A DNA stretch of 64,000 nt from Nageia nagi (Eukaryota > Plantae > Pinophyta): the NCBI GenBank assembly GCA_050084985.1, contig JBITNC010000001.1, forward strand, positions 170,810,001 through 170,874,000, read 5' to 3'. Shown here piece by piece: positions 52,029-64,000 of this stretch (positions are counted from its first letter, which is position 1; each line of letters opens with the position of its first letter). The translations under genes were made by a program, and so were the position numbers. The notes under the pieces were generated by a model that worked only from the letters and a program-made list of their open reading frames with translations, was not told the DNA's origin and ran no database searches.

Positions 52029-55000
52029 ATGACTAGCTCGACAAGTAGTGTGGCCAGGGAGAATGCAAAGGAGCTAGAGAGGTTGAAACAAGACTCAATC
52101 ATCTCGATATGTGAGAGGCAAGAGCCAATACCACAAGGGGCTAGATTTTCAAAGAATGGATTTGCCACCATCGAGGATACAGATTGGCAAAAGGTCGACC
52201 CAATGCAGATGAGAGAGAAGGTTCGCAACATTGAGATAAGAATATTGAAAAAGGATGTGGTGTTCTTCTCAGGTATCTCCACCGCCACCTCCATCCCATT
52301 TGTAGCCCCTTTCCTAGAGTTATACATGGAAGTGAGCCAACACTGGAAGAAGGGTGAAAGGTTGCTTAGGGACATCAAGGTGGAAATTATTATGCACTTC
52401 AGCCCTGAAGCTATCAAGAAGGCATTTTGGTGGTTAGGAGAGGGGAACGTTGAATACAGTGAGGTAGTCACTTGCCCTCTACCGATCCACCAATAGGGTA
52501 GTCATCACCATTAGAGATTGGATGCTTGGAAATGCTCTCATCAATGCTCCACGTAGCAACTTTTACCCCTCTGTGGAGTTCATGATATTGATGTTGTCCA
52601 GGATCCTCGGGAAAGAAGATGGTACCAAGTTCAGGAAGGAGTTCTTTGGCTTCATCGTTGAGATGGCAAAGGAGAAGAAGATTAGATGGAGCAAGGTATT
52701 GAGTGATACCCTCGCAAAGCAGCTGTCATCGATGGGCATCTTCCGAAAATTTTACCTCAACTCATACTTAGTATACTTGTTGCTTCACGGCAAGTATAGA
52801 CTCACGACTTAGGGAGAGGTAGGATGGATCGAAAAGGGAACTTATGCCACATGGAAGTGCTACCCCAAGTGGAAGATTGAGAGAAGATGGGATAGTTTCT
52901 TTATGAGAAATGATGAATGGGAGTATGAGATCTATAAGGAGTTGAAAGTTGACGTCACGGTAATTAGGGTCTCAAACTTAGCATAGGATGCATTGAAGAA
53001 GCATGGAGATTTCTTCATCCATCACCAACACTATTCTATATCAAAATTTATAGATCAGCAGTGGAGCCATACCAACTACCGAGGTATGTTAGCAATAGAT
53101 TGGTCCTAATGGAGATGATGAGGCAGTTGGCCTTCTTGCATGAGCACGTGTGGCACATGAAATTGGCCACCTCTAACTTGCCAATTATAGTGGGGGAATA
53201 CCAATGCAAAACTTGGGCGAACGTGGATTCAATGAAAGAGGAGTTGGAGAGATTGCACTTCAAAAAGATGACCGCTGTAGACCACTACAATCTAGAGCAT
53301 AAAATTCATTGCTTCTATATAAAGAAACACAAAAGGGCTTATGAGCATAAGCCACTTGAAGATGAGGAGCTATTTAGGAATGTGAACAATGAGGTGGAGA
53401 TGAGAAAAATTCATGCCAGATTGCAAGAGGAGGATCTAAAGCAGCAAGAGATAGTGGAAGCCACTATTGACAAGAGGTTGTCACAGCCAAAAGGGAAGAG
53501 ACCACAAGAGTCTACATCTAGAGTCACACAGTACCCTTTGATAATTGAAGAACCTGTTGGTCAATATGCTTCAATGCATGGGAGGAATCCAATTGAGACA
53601 GTGGTTGAACGGGTAAGGGAGATCATGGATGAGCATGATGTGAGAGAATTGGAAGGTGTGGCAGCAAACAAGGTGATGAGGTGTGTAAGAAATAGAGAGA
53701 AGGATCTATTGCCCCCATAAAGACTACCTAGAGAGCTAGTTCAACGCCCATCTACAGTTATTCCACCATCTCCTCTAGCTTGATGTATGAACCAGAAGAT
53801 AGTAAAGAAGATGGACAAGGAGAGGATGGTGAACAAGAAGAGAACCAGGCTCAGCCTATTCAGATTCCAGATGCTCAGGAGGAAGTCTTTGTGGATCTTG
53901 GAGGTAGTGCAAAAGTCTGCTTCTTTGGAACCTTCCACCTCTTCTAGGAAAGGGAAGAGTCCAACTTTTGAATCAATTCCCAAGAGAGCACAGTTGAAGA
54001 GAACACCCCAGTCACGGTCATCAAAAGCAGTTGAAGAGATTGTTGATGAAGAGGCAAGGCCATCAAAAAGGCAAAAGATGAGTATCACAATTAACCATGA
54101 ACCAATAATTGAAACCCACCAACCACCATTGAATGATGAGTGAGGTGTAGACATAGATGAATGCCTTAACGTTTTCAACATGGACGTTAGAGAGGAGTTT
54201 GGAGATGATGAAAAAAATGATCAAGTAGGAGAGAGCTCCACTCATCTAGAGAAGAGCCAGACTTATGTAAATATGATCAATGATGCAGTCCACATCAAGA
54301 TAGTGTACATAGTCAAGGCTAACCCACAAAGGTGTGAAGATTTCAAATAGATTAACCAAATCATTAATACAGGCCCTATTGGAATTGTGGGTAGAAAGCA
54401 TGTGATCATAGCAAATATGGATGCAATCACCAAGGACGGGTTGCAAAAAGAGAAAGAAATCAAGAGCCTGAAGAAGGAGTTAGCTGCCTAGCGGAGATTG
54501 ACAAGAGAAATAGAATCCGTGAAGGTACCCCTCAAAGAGCTCAAGAAGTTGAAACCATTGAAAGAGGGGTTGGTGGCCGTTAAACAAAAGTTGATTGAAT
54601 ACTTTATTAACAATGGTGGCATAGTTAGTGGAGGCCTTGCAAAAGATCTCCATTGAAGAACAGAAGCTAAAGGACATTGTGAGAAACAGGGTTGATTTCC
54701 TCAGGAGGTTAGAGTCTCGGAGACCCATCATTGAGAACTTTTATATGACTTAGGATCAAACATCGGAAGATGCTAGCTTTTGTGACGACTATTGCTTCTA
54801 TTTAGGGGTGGTGCAGCAAATGACTACTCGCTTTCAAGAAGTGAGTAAGGAAGTAACTGAGATCAATGACAAAGCTCACTCAAGGTTGGAGCAGATGGAA
54901 TATGAAGTCAAATTCCTTGAGGAAGACACCACCATTAGAGAATCAGACTTGGTAGTTGCCGAAGTGAGATATCTATTCTAGAGCTTGTTGATGACCATGG

Positions 55001-55220
55001 ACATCAACGCGTACCAGAGTGGGAGCCATGCTAGGCACACGTTGAAGGCACACGCTTGGAAGTTGGAGATGTAGAAGTTCATTAACAAGGTTGAAGGTTA
55101 CATGGTCAAGAATCTTGGGAAGACCTCTGAGATGGTGCACAGTTTGGAGTTCACAACCAAGTTCTTGGCTGAGGACTTCGAGGACAAAGTTGCGGCCTTG
55201 GAGCCTTCATCGTCTTAGAT
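52029..55220 (+). pseudogene. Decayed ~1000-codon retrotransposon accessory ORF of unknown function (globular N-half, acidic linker, coiled-coil-like C-half)
   Basis: Consecutive same-strand ORF pieces 51999-52496, 52522-52812, 53061-53720 and 53787-54143, including IRWSKVLSDTLAKQL..FYLNSYLVYLL and PYQLPRYVSNRLVLMEMMRQL. The end coordinate is approximate. Confidence 0.7.
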
Positions 55221-56271
55221 ATGTTATTTTATTTTTAACAAAAATCTTTATTTTTATGCAAAAAGACTTATTATTATTTTATTCCCAAACTTGTGACGGA
55301 TGAGGATTTGCTCCAAGTTTGAAAGGGATCTTGTAATGCCATGTGGCGATTTATTATTGGACCACATTTTGTTTTATTGGTAAACGTAATTAGGGTTAGG
55401 GAAACACTTTTGGTTGTTTCAAAAACTATTTATACCTTTTAAGGGCTCATTTGTAAGGAGATTTAGACATTTTGACAAAAAGAACTTTGATTAAACACAA
55501 CTTTTTCTAAAATTTGTTGATGTGGTGTACTTGTATTTGATTACTATATGCTTTCATGTGGGACAATGAATGTGAGTGAATGATGCTATTATCTAGTTAA
55601 TTCTATTGCTATCTTGTGCAACTTTAGTTCACTTGGTGCATTTCAAATCTTGTGTGAGGTGGACAAAAGAGTGTTTGAAAATTATTTGAAGTGAATAGAG
55701 TAGCATAGCGACAACAATATTTCATTGTTTGGAATAAGACTTGGACATTTTGGAATGACTCTTCTACGTCGCTCACCTTAGGGACTTCACCTTGTTTTTG
55801 CCACATTCCATTAGACCATTTGTGTTGTTGGCTAGTGGGATGGATTCGAGGTGTGTGAAACCTCAATCAGGTCCTGACGAGTCGACTTCCAAAACCTTAC
55901 CCAAGTCCATGAATATGCATATGCATTGATCAAATCCTTGTATCCACAGTTTTTCCACCATTTTTCTTTTATTTTACCTTTTTTTTGCACGGTTTTTGCA
56001 CCCATTTGTTTTTTAGCATTTTTGAAACAATATTGTTTAGCCATAGAAATACTTAGAGTCCTTGATCCACACATGATATTCATGTTGGTGCCAACTTTAA
56101 ACATCTCTGCCACTCCCTAAGTTCTACTCTTGCAAACCTAAGAGGAGTGACCTTTGGGGTAACCATTCCCCATAGCGGGAAGGGGTAACGCCCTTCCACG
56201 AGAGGTGTTGGCGTTTTTCTCACCCCTTTAGGGTAGAAAAGAAGAACCCCCCAACACCAACTACACCAAGT

Positions 56272-57129
56272 TTAGAATGCATAGTAGGCTTTCTCCCACT
56301 CCTTTTTATGTTCTGCAACAAAAGCTTTCTTTGGAGACCCTTCTTGGTTGGATTTCTGATCTGCCAACCTCTTTCTGTAGTGTTGCTTTATATGGCCCTC
56401 CTTGCCACAATAATAACAAGTCATACTCTTTTGGCTTGTGTCATCCTTAATGCTTCCTTGTCCATTCTTCTTTGCCCATTTTCTTTTGCCCTTGACATTG
56501 GTTGCAAAAGCTTGTCCCAAATCCTCTATCTCACTGCTACTAACAAACTGTTTCTTCCATCTATTCTGTTGTAAGAGCTTATTGCACAACTCTCCAAATT
56601 TTAGGTCAACATTTGTAGCAGTCATGTTCAGGGTTTCAATGAAATGCTCATAAGTACATGGTAAGCTTTTCAATGTCATTACCACCATGTCTTCTTTGAT
56701 TTTCCGACCAATGGCTAACAACTACTCTTTGATATCCTTGATCTTAAGTAAATACTTTTGTAAGTATACAAACTCATCTATCATGATTGAAAACAACATA
56801 TTCTTTAGGAAGAAGGATCTGCCCTTATCAAAAGTCTCATGTAACTCTCGCAAATACTTCCAAATTTTTGCTGAAGTCTTCCTAGTTTGAACTTTAGGAA
56901 GCATCTCATCTGTTATAGACAACTTAAAACGTATCACTGCTTCTCTATCTCGTTCATCAAACTTGTCCTTGTCTTTCCTTGCAACAATGGGTCTAATTTC
57001 TTTACCTAGGACAATCTTATCCAAGCATCTGTACTTGAAAATGACCAACATCCATTGCTTTCAAGTATTGTAACTTTTCCCAGATAATCTATGGTTGCCT
57101 TCCAATATAGTGTTGGTTAGATTGGCCAT
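56272..57129 (-). pseudogene. copia gag (UBN2-like domain plus zinc knuckle) with internal stops
   Basis: KTSAKIWKYLRELHE, TLKSLPCTYEHFIETL, CYYCGKEGHIKQHY. ATG at 57129. Confidence 0.9.
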
Positions 57130-57299
57130 ACCTATAGATTACTTCCTTTTCTTTTTAATTGATATGTCTAATCTGAGTTTGATTTTTTTGCCTCTTTGAA
57201 TATCTTTTCTACCATATTTTTGCGTTTGTTTCCTCAACTCTTTTTTTTGTGGGAAGGGTTTGTGATTTCAAAATTTTGTTGTGAGGAGCCAAATGCAGT

Positions 57300-58260
57300 C
57301 TTGGTGTTTCCAATCTAACTGCATGATAATTATTATAAGGTTCCTCATCTATTGTATGTTTGTAGATAATGCCATTGTGTTCAAACTTATACTTCTATGT
57401 AAGGTAGAAGGCACACATTCCATAAAATGGATCCAGGGTCTACCCAATAAGAGAGTGTAAGGAAGAAATCCTTTCATGATATAGCATTGGATATTTAGAG
57501 TTTTGAGAGACAATCTTATTGGAATATAAATGACTCCCATGGTTTGTATTTTTTCATTTACAAACCCTCTAATTTTCATGATTGACAGTTCAATTAGAGA
57601 CATAGTTTCTTCTTTGAAATGTTGAAAGAAAGCAACGGAGCAAATATTAAGACTTGATCTTGTATCTACTAGCACCATCTTTACTAACTTTTCCAAACAC
57701 TTACATTAATGCATAAAGGGAGACTTTTATTTATGAGGTCTCTGTTAAGTAATTTTGAACGACCAAATCTGATATCTTTGTATTGTGGTTTTCAAGTGGT
57801 TGCAATAATGGCAAAAACTGTTATATGTGTAGGCACTATTTCTTTTTTAAGAGCCTTATATAATTATTTCTTATGTGCTTGAGAAAGTTTCAGTAACTCA
57901 TATACGGAGATTTTTGCTTGAATATTCTTTAATTGATCAATGAGATTGTACTTCTTTGGATCTGGCTGTAATTTCAGTTTTTTATTGATTATCATGTTTA
58001 TCGGCCTTCCTTTTCATGCACGAGCACAAACATATTGGTTTACAATGGTTACTCTACAAAGATTATATAATCCATGCTCCATAAATCCTTTTTAGTTGGA
58101 ATTGTTGTCGGACAAGCATATATTCCCTCATTTATCAATTGTTGAATTTTGTTTCTAAGTTTATTACATTGGTTGGTTGTGTGACCTTTAGTTTGATGAT
58201 AGCTACAATATGAAGATTACTTGTACCTATTGGGAAGGATTTCTTTCCCACAGAAACTCT
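57300..58260 (-). pseudogene. Tat/Ogre gag C-terminus and aspartic protease fragment
   Basis: Knuckle YCSYHQTKGHTTNQCNKLRNKIQQLINEG (~58130-58215) and protease VLVDTRSSLNIC...LLLGRPWIH..VPSTLH. Confidence 0.85.
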
Positions 58261-59714
58261 AAATCACCTTAGGCGTAAGCCTCCCAACATCTTAGTCTGA
58301 AATGCGTTACCTATTCCCCATTTGTAAAGGAGTGTCTACCTCCAAGGCTTTTGTCGAAGCTCCTACTCAATGCTATGATGTTTGTAGTTAATCGGTAAAG
58401 CAAAATCCAATGCTTGTACAAATATTTTTGCGTAGTGATATCTTGCTCGTGAAGTATCTCTCTTTGCAATCAATTTGAGTGGAATGTTTAGAGATGGTAA
58501 TTGTTAACCAACATATTTATATAGAGTTTGTTCGCAATGTTTTTGTATAAAATTTAAAGATCATATTTGCTTTTTGAAAGCATAACAATATTGTAAAATG
58601 ATCACCACAACAAAGCATTGTCTAAAGAGTTCATCCTTTTCAAATCAGTTAAGGGGATTTCGTCTAATTCATCCAACTTTGAAAACAAAAAACTATTGTT
58701 CGAGTTGTTCCAAAGAGGAGCGGGAAGTGTGGCCGATTGCGAACAATCAAATGGACTAGGTGGAAGAGTGTGGGAAGAACTAGAGTTTAAATGAAATTCC
58801 TAGTTTGATATCATAAAATAGGAAACAAATTCATAGTACTTCATCTAACGTGCGTGCTATTAATTAAGCAACTACCAAAGATAAGTTTCAAACACTTTAG
58901 AAAGGTAATGCAATGATATTTTCCCTAAAACTCATGAGTTTTCAAAGGAAGGATGTGAAAGTGGAAAACCAACAAAGATAACCCTTAAGGATCAATTCAC
59001 AACACCACAAATGGATAATCAAGTTCGATCTTTGCCTTAACCACTTTGTATATAGCTTATAAAAGAGTTATGTAGAAATAGATCAATTTGCTTCGCTTTT
59101 ACAAAAGTTTCACTTTCTCACAAAATGAGCTTCGACTCAAATGAGAACCCATAGGTTCTATTTTTAGACTTTTTAAGAGATTTTAAAAAAAATCTAAAAT
59201 ACTAATAAAATGCTAATTTTAATGCTAAATTGACATTACAATTTCGTTTAGTGGGAGAAAAACACTCATCCCACTAAATATGCTTTAAAATAAACCATTT
59301 ATAGAAATTGATGCCTTTTGGCACAAATTTTGAGGCATTTTGCATCAATTTGGCAAAATTTGGAGCTTCAAATCAACATTCTAGGTTCATTTGTTACTCT
59401 TTTCAGCTCCTTCTTTCTTTCAATCTCCCTTCATGTGATCATTTTGGCAAATTTTTAAGTAATTATGAGAAGATTTTCCAAAAAAATGGAGTTTTTGGTC
59501 TATTTTCTTGGAAAATTGAAAGACGGGATCTATTTTGAAATTTTTTAAAAATGTGATTTTAAAGCCATGGATGGGCTAGGGACGGATTAACAAGTCATTT
59601 GCCAAGTTTTGAGAGGATTTGAGGTTTCTAGGTGTTGGATTTGCTCATTTCCTTTTTGAGGGGGCATTTTGGAGGCTCCATAAGGATTTACATCACTTTG
59701 CAAGGTGAGAAAAA

Positions 59715-60720
59715 AGTAGAAAACTTGGAAAACATGCGACTAGGTAGGGGAGGTATAGATTTTGATCATTTTGAATTCTTCCAAGAGCAAAGATGTTGAA
59801 TTTTTCATGCTCCAACATACCCATGTTTTAGAATTTGATTCTGAGTTTTTTGTCGAAATAACCCCATTCACACTGATGGAGGCAAGTGTTTCTAGCTTTT
59901 TCAAAGTAGAAAATCTAGAAAACATGTGCCTAGCCTCCTTGTGTTAATTTTTGCTCTTTTTATTTGTGAATTTCAAAGACCAATATGCTTAGTTTTTCAT
60001 TCTTCACCCAACATTGTTTTCAAATTTTGATTTTGAAAAATGACCAAAATGGCCCTTTCCACACTTGGTGGAACAAGTGGTTCAAACTATTTCAAAATAG
60101 AAAATCTAGAAAACATGCTCCTATGTGGGAGAGGTAGCAAATTTGATTAGTTTGGATTTTCCTTTGGCCAATATGATAGAAATTATATTGTGCTCATGCT
60201 CATGATTTCAAATTTCATTTTTGAAAAATACCATTTTACATGCTAGATAAGGTTTGCTCTCTCCAAGGTGGGTGTTTTTGCATGCTAGATAAGGGAAAAG
60301 ATGGAAAACATGCGCCTAGATTGGGGAGATAGCAAATTTGATCATTTTGAATCCTTCCAAGAGCAAAGATGTTTGTTTTTGCAAGCGCTACAATACCCAT
60401 ATCTCACAATTTTGATAAAAAAATTGACATTTTTCAAGTACCTAGGCATTCTAGACACACATTTTCCCATTTGGAGGAGAAAACATAGAAAACCTGCGCC
60501 TCCCTATATGGGGGGTCTTTTTGGAGCATTTTGGAATGGCCCAAGAGCAAAGATGCCTAATTTTTGATTTCCAACAATACCCATATGCCACATTTTTGAT
60601 TTTTTAAATTGCAAATTTCAAGATTTTGTGTGCAAAGCCTTGGCAGGTGCACATTTTCTCTTTTTGGATGAGAAAATATGGAAAACTTGCACCTAGAGGT
60701 GGAGTGGGCATGCTTGGGTA
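59715..60720. repeat. ~6 diverged ~190-bp tandem units in retrotransposon LTR/leader DNA
   Basis: Recurrent GAAAACATGCGCCT..., TTCCAAGAGCAAAGATG and ATACCCAT near 59728, 59918, 60110, 60304, 60488 and 60681. Confidence 0.75.
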
Positions 60721-61719
60721 AAATCCAAAAATTCTAAGTCTAAACTTTGTTCATTTTTCGAGCTCCTTTTGAGGATATTCTCACATTTTGCATCTAGACT
60801 TGTGTGAAAACTTTATCTTTTCCATGTAAGCACCATTTCATCTCTCATGAAAGCATTAAGTCCCCAAATTCTTCACTTGGTCCCCTAGGAGCATCTTCTA
60901 TCGAAATTGAGAAGTTCCAAGCCCAATTGTACCTCATTTTGAAATTTTTATGATCTTGAGTTGCCAAACCTTGAATTCGCCATGAATCCACAATTTAGTG
61001 CCTGAATGTCTTGCATTCCCTTGAGAGTCCCAGTGGATATCTGTTATATATATCATTCCATGATATCATTCTTTAAAACTGCTTGAATCAACTCTTGACC
61101 ATTTCCAAGAGCAAAGGTACTATATTTCCCATTTTGCACTTGGTCAATCTTCAAAACTGTGCTCATTGCTTGGAAACGCCATTGTCCGAAGTTAGGAGTC
61201 TTAAAAGCTCCAAAATTGATAGGTTGGCACACTGAACTGTCTCACAGCGTCATGTGAATAGCCTTTATGCACCATCTTTAGTAGCATCATCTCTTCCAAA
61301 ACACTCGTGATCAATCCTCTGTCATCTAGGTCAACTCCCTTCACTGTCTTGCTCAGAAGTGGATCTCCAGATTTGCAAAAATAGGGTCCCCAAAATCTTG
61401 TATTTTGGGATATGTTGTGCGAGCACAACAGTACCAAACTGATATTTCTATATTGCTATCATCTTGAAATTTCTTTGGAGGCAATATGATCATCTGTTTT
61501 TGTTATAGATCTATTAAATTTTACCAAAGTTGAATGGAGAAGATGACTCTTGGTTCTTAGATCTTGTTAATTATGTTGGTTGAACGTTAGCTATTTAATT
61601 CCTTGGTTGTATTTCGTCAGTCCTTGAAAATAATAAGCATTGGGAATTTTTTCATTTTGGTTAATTTATATTTGCATTCCTTGAAATTTTTTGAAGAATT
61701 TTCGCCAATGTATTGTAGA

Positions 61720-63445
61720 GAGATGTGCAGAAGACTGTTTTTGCAGTTACTCAAGGGAAACTCTTGGGACATTGTATCAAAAGAAGATGAGTATTGACCT
61801 GGATAGAACAAAAGTCGTAAGACAACTTCCTATGTAGGAAATCTTTCAATCTTTTTTTGGAAGATTAATTTCTTATGGAGATTTTGTCCCTGATTTTGCA
61901 TATATTGTTTCTCCACAAGTAAATGATGAAAAAAGTGTGCAAAATTGGTATACCATATAACCTTGAACCCAAGGAAGATTATTTTTGAAGTTACTCAAGA
62001 GAAACTCTTGGGACAAATTGTATCAAAAGAACAGACACGTATTGACCTGGATAGAACAAAAGCCATACTACAATTTCCTCTGTCACAAAAAGCTCTCAAT
62101 CTTTGTTGTGGAAGATTAATTTCTTATGCAGATTTGTCTTTGATTTTGCAAATATCATTTCTTCACTAAATAATATGATGAAAAAACTATCAAGTTTAAA
62201 AGGAAGCAATTTGTGTTGCATCCATGCTGGTCCAGCCTAAGTTCAATAATGGCATTATCATATATGCGTATTGGTCACCTCACACAACCTCAACCTTTCT
62301 TACTCAAAAGAATGATAATGAAATTCAACATGTTGCTAGTATGAACCATGAATTCAAAAGTGCTCAAGAAAAAATATCTGCATTTGGAGAAACATATTAA
62401 TGTGGTAGTTAAAGGCTTTCCTAAGATCAAGCATTATTACTCAAGTTTGTACTATATATGTGTCAAATGCTGTAATCAAAACGTTGCTCATGCAAAGGAA
62501 GTTGGAGTACAAAGAGGATTTTGAATTGCCAAGATACAAGAGTTTGATGTGGAATCGAAGACAACTAAGATTGCTAGAGCCTAGAGGTAAGGGCCTTGAT
62601 AGTTGATGTTTATAGCTCAAATTAACTCCCAAGAAAGTGAAAAGTCTGAGCTAGGCAAGCAAGTGTTATTCACAGATTCCACTGAAGGATGGCACAATGA
62701 ATTGGTATTTTATCTAATGCATGAGAGGTGTACTATCTAATATGATATGTGTCCATTATCTTACTCTTAGGTGGGAAAGAGAGGGTGAGACTTCAATTTG
62801 GTAGGTATGTTCTCAGGGATGGTGCATTGTAAATGAAGCATGTATATAAGATGCTTCTTAGGTCTATCAAGGAAGATCAAATCCAAAAGGTTCTGGAAGA
62901 GTTCCATGGTGGTGTATGGCATGCATTTTTTTCCTACTACCACTACTTGTAAAGTGCTGTGAGTTGGTTACTATTCACTGTCAATTTTTAAGGATGCGTA
63001 TGTCATAGTGTGGAAATGTCAAGCATGTCAATCGTTTACTGGGAATAATAAATTCAGGGCTGCCCCTTTAAAACCAGAAGTAGTTGATGAGCCATTCACT
63101 CAGTGGGCCTTGGACTTTTAAGGCTCCATTAACCGTAAGTGCAATATAGATCACTCGTTTATCTTGACAGCTATAGTTATTTCGCAAGATGGGTAGAAGT
63201 GATGCCAACCCACAATGCCACCTCTGAAGTAGTCATGGACTTTCGAATAGAGCGAATTTACTCAGCTTGGTATTCCACACAAGTTAGTGTTAGATAATGC
63301 AAACGCAATTGTATCCAAGAATTTGAGTGATCAATGTTTGTAATTTTGTGTGCATCTAAAACTTGCATCTGGTTATTACCTACAGTGTAATGACTTGGCA
63401 GAATCCAGTAATAATAATCTAATTCGCATCATTAAATGCATAATT
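61720..63445 (+). pseudogene. Tat-like gypsy pol fragment (RT end, RNase H, integrase), decayed and internally deleted
   Basis: LNPRKIIFEVTQEKLLGQIVSKE..IDLDRTKAI, integrase EEFHGG..VGYY..KCQACQ, PFTQWALDF, SGYYLQCNDLAESSN. Confidence 0.85.
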
Positions 63446-64000
63446 GAAACCATAAAATTAAAAAATGCTATTTAAACGAAAAAAAGCCCTTTTTTGCTGT
63501 TTTTTTTGAAAAATAAGTATTTTCCTACAAAAAATGCCAAAAGCATTTTTTTTTTCATAGCAAAAATGGTCTTTTAAACGGTCAAAAAATGTTGAATACA
63601 CCTTGAAAACGTTAAGAAATAGTGTCTATATTTGCCATACTCACTGTAATTACCATATTTAATGTATAAACCACCAAAAAAAGCAAAAAAACATGCATTA
63701 AAACCCGGCCGTACTTGTCGTATTTTACGTTTTTTCCCCTTTTTTGCCCCATTTTTTTCTCTAATTTGCCAGTTTTTTTTTTTTGCATTTTTTTCCTGAA
63801 TTTTCCGTATGCACGAATTTTAAAATCCACAAATTTTTGCAATATTCACCGTACTTTGATAGTTTTTTTAGCTGTTTTGACGTATTTGGCCCCTGAACCG
63901 TATTTTCAAAAAACAGTTTTTTATTCTAAGATTGAGACCAACCTCAATAATGGCATTTCAAATTGACAATTACCCACTAGGCAGACTGAATCATTCCAAA

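Larger units (their letters stand above)
50514..56256 (+). mobile_element. 5.74-kb TG..CA element (giant solo-LTR-like) carrying a long decayed ORF
   Basis: TGTTG...CAACA inverted termini and TSD CCAAT (50509-50513) / CCAAC (56257-56261). No internal direct repeats, PBS, gag or pol seen. Confidence 0.82.
50145..57129 (-). mobile_element. gag-only copia derivative (gag - PPT - 3' LTR ~50145-50486), interrupted by the 50514-56256 insertion; 5' LTR not found
   Basis: PPT AAGGGAGGG followed by TGTTAG at 50495-50481. With the insertion removed, the gag stop (56272) lies ~30 bp from the PPT. The left LTR boundary is uncertain. Confidence 0.7.

Noticed and set aside
60824-61489. Possible decayed extra ORF on either strand
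   Set aside because: Stop density (13 in 222 codons on plus) is what random sequence would give, and there is no recognisable motif.

Overview
Eukaryotic, AT-rich, CpG-depleted DNA typical of a large plant genome. A gymnosperm is my inference from the element types and the PPR style; it is not proven. About 85-90% of the window is nested, decayed retrotransposon. (1) 1-3604: the 3' half of a Ty1/copia element inserted into a Tat/Ogre-type Ty3/gypsy element. (2) The Tat/Ogre element: pol RT-RH-aRH-INT at ~4600-7940, an antisense Plant Mobile Domain ORF, and a probable 3' LTR at 35832-36963. (3) The PMD ORF is split by a 22-kb insertion (9786-31923, minus, TSD CTATT/CTATC). This is a gag-only, pol-less Ogre-like LTR element with several arrays of structured repeats and small decayed cargo ORFs. 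(4) That element's 5' LTR is hit 1 bp from its terminus by a complete copia element (23836-31917, TSD CTTAC). (5) PPR pseudogene fragments, a CACTA end and an L1-type LINE fragment follow. (6) The only intact host sequence is exon 1 of an F-box/kelch gene (At1g51550-like, 44734-45157). Its intron runs off the window and holds a 587-bp solo LTR, a gag-only copia remnant, a 5.7-kb TG..CA element with a long decayed ORF and a palindrome array, and more Tat fragments. Most interesting: the CRISPR-like hairpin/spacer array and repeated pseudoknot-like module in the gag-only element, and the ORF-bearing 5.7-kb solo-LTR-like unit. All coordinates were read by eye and no searches were run.
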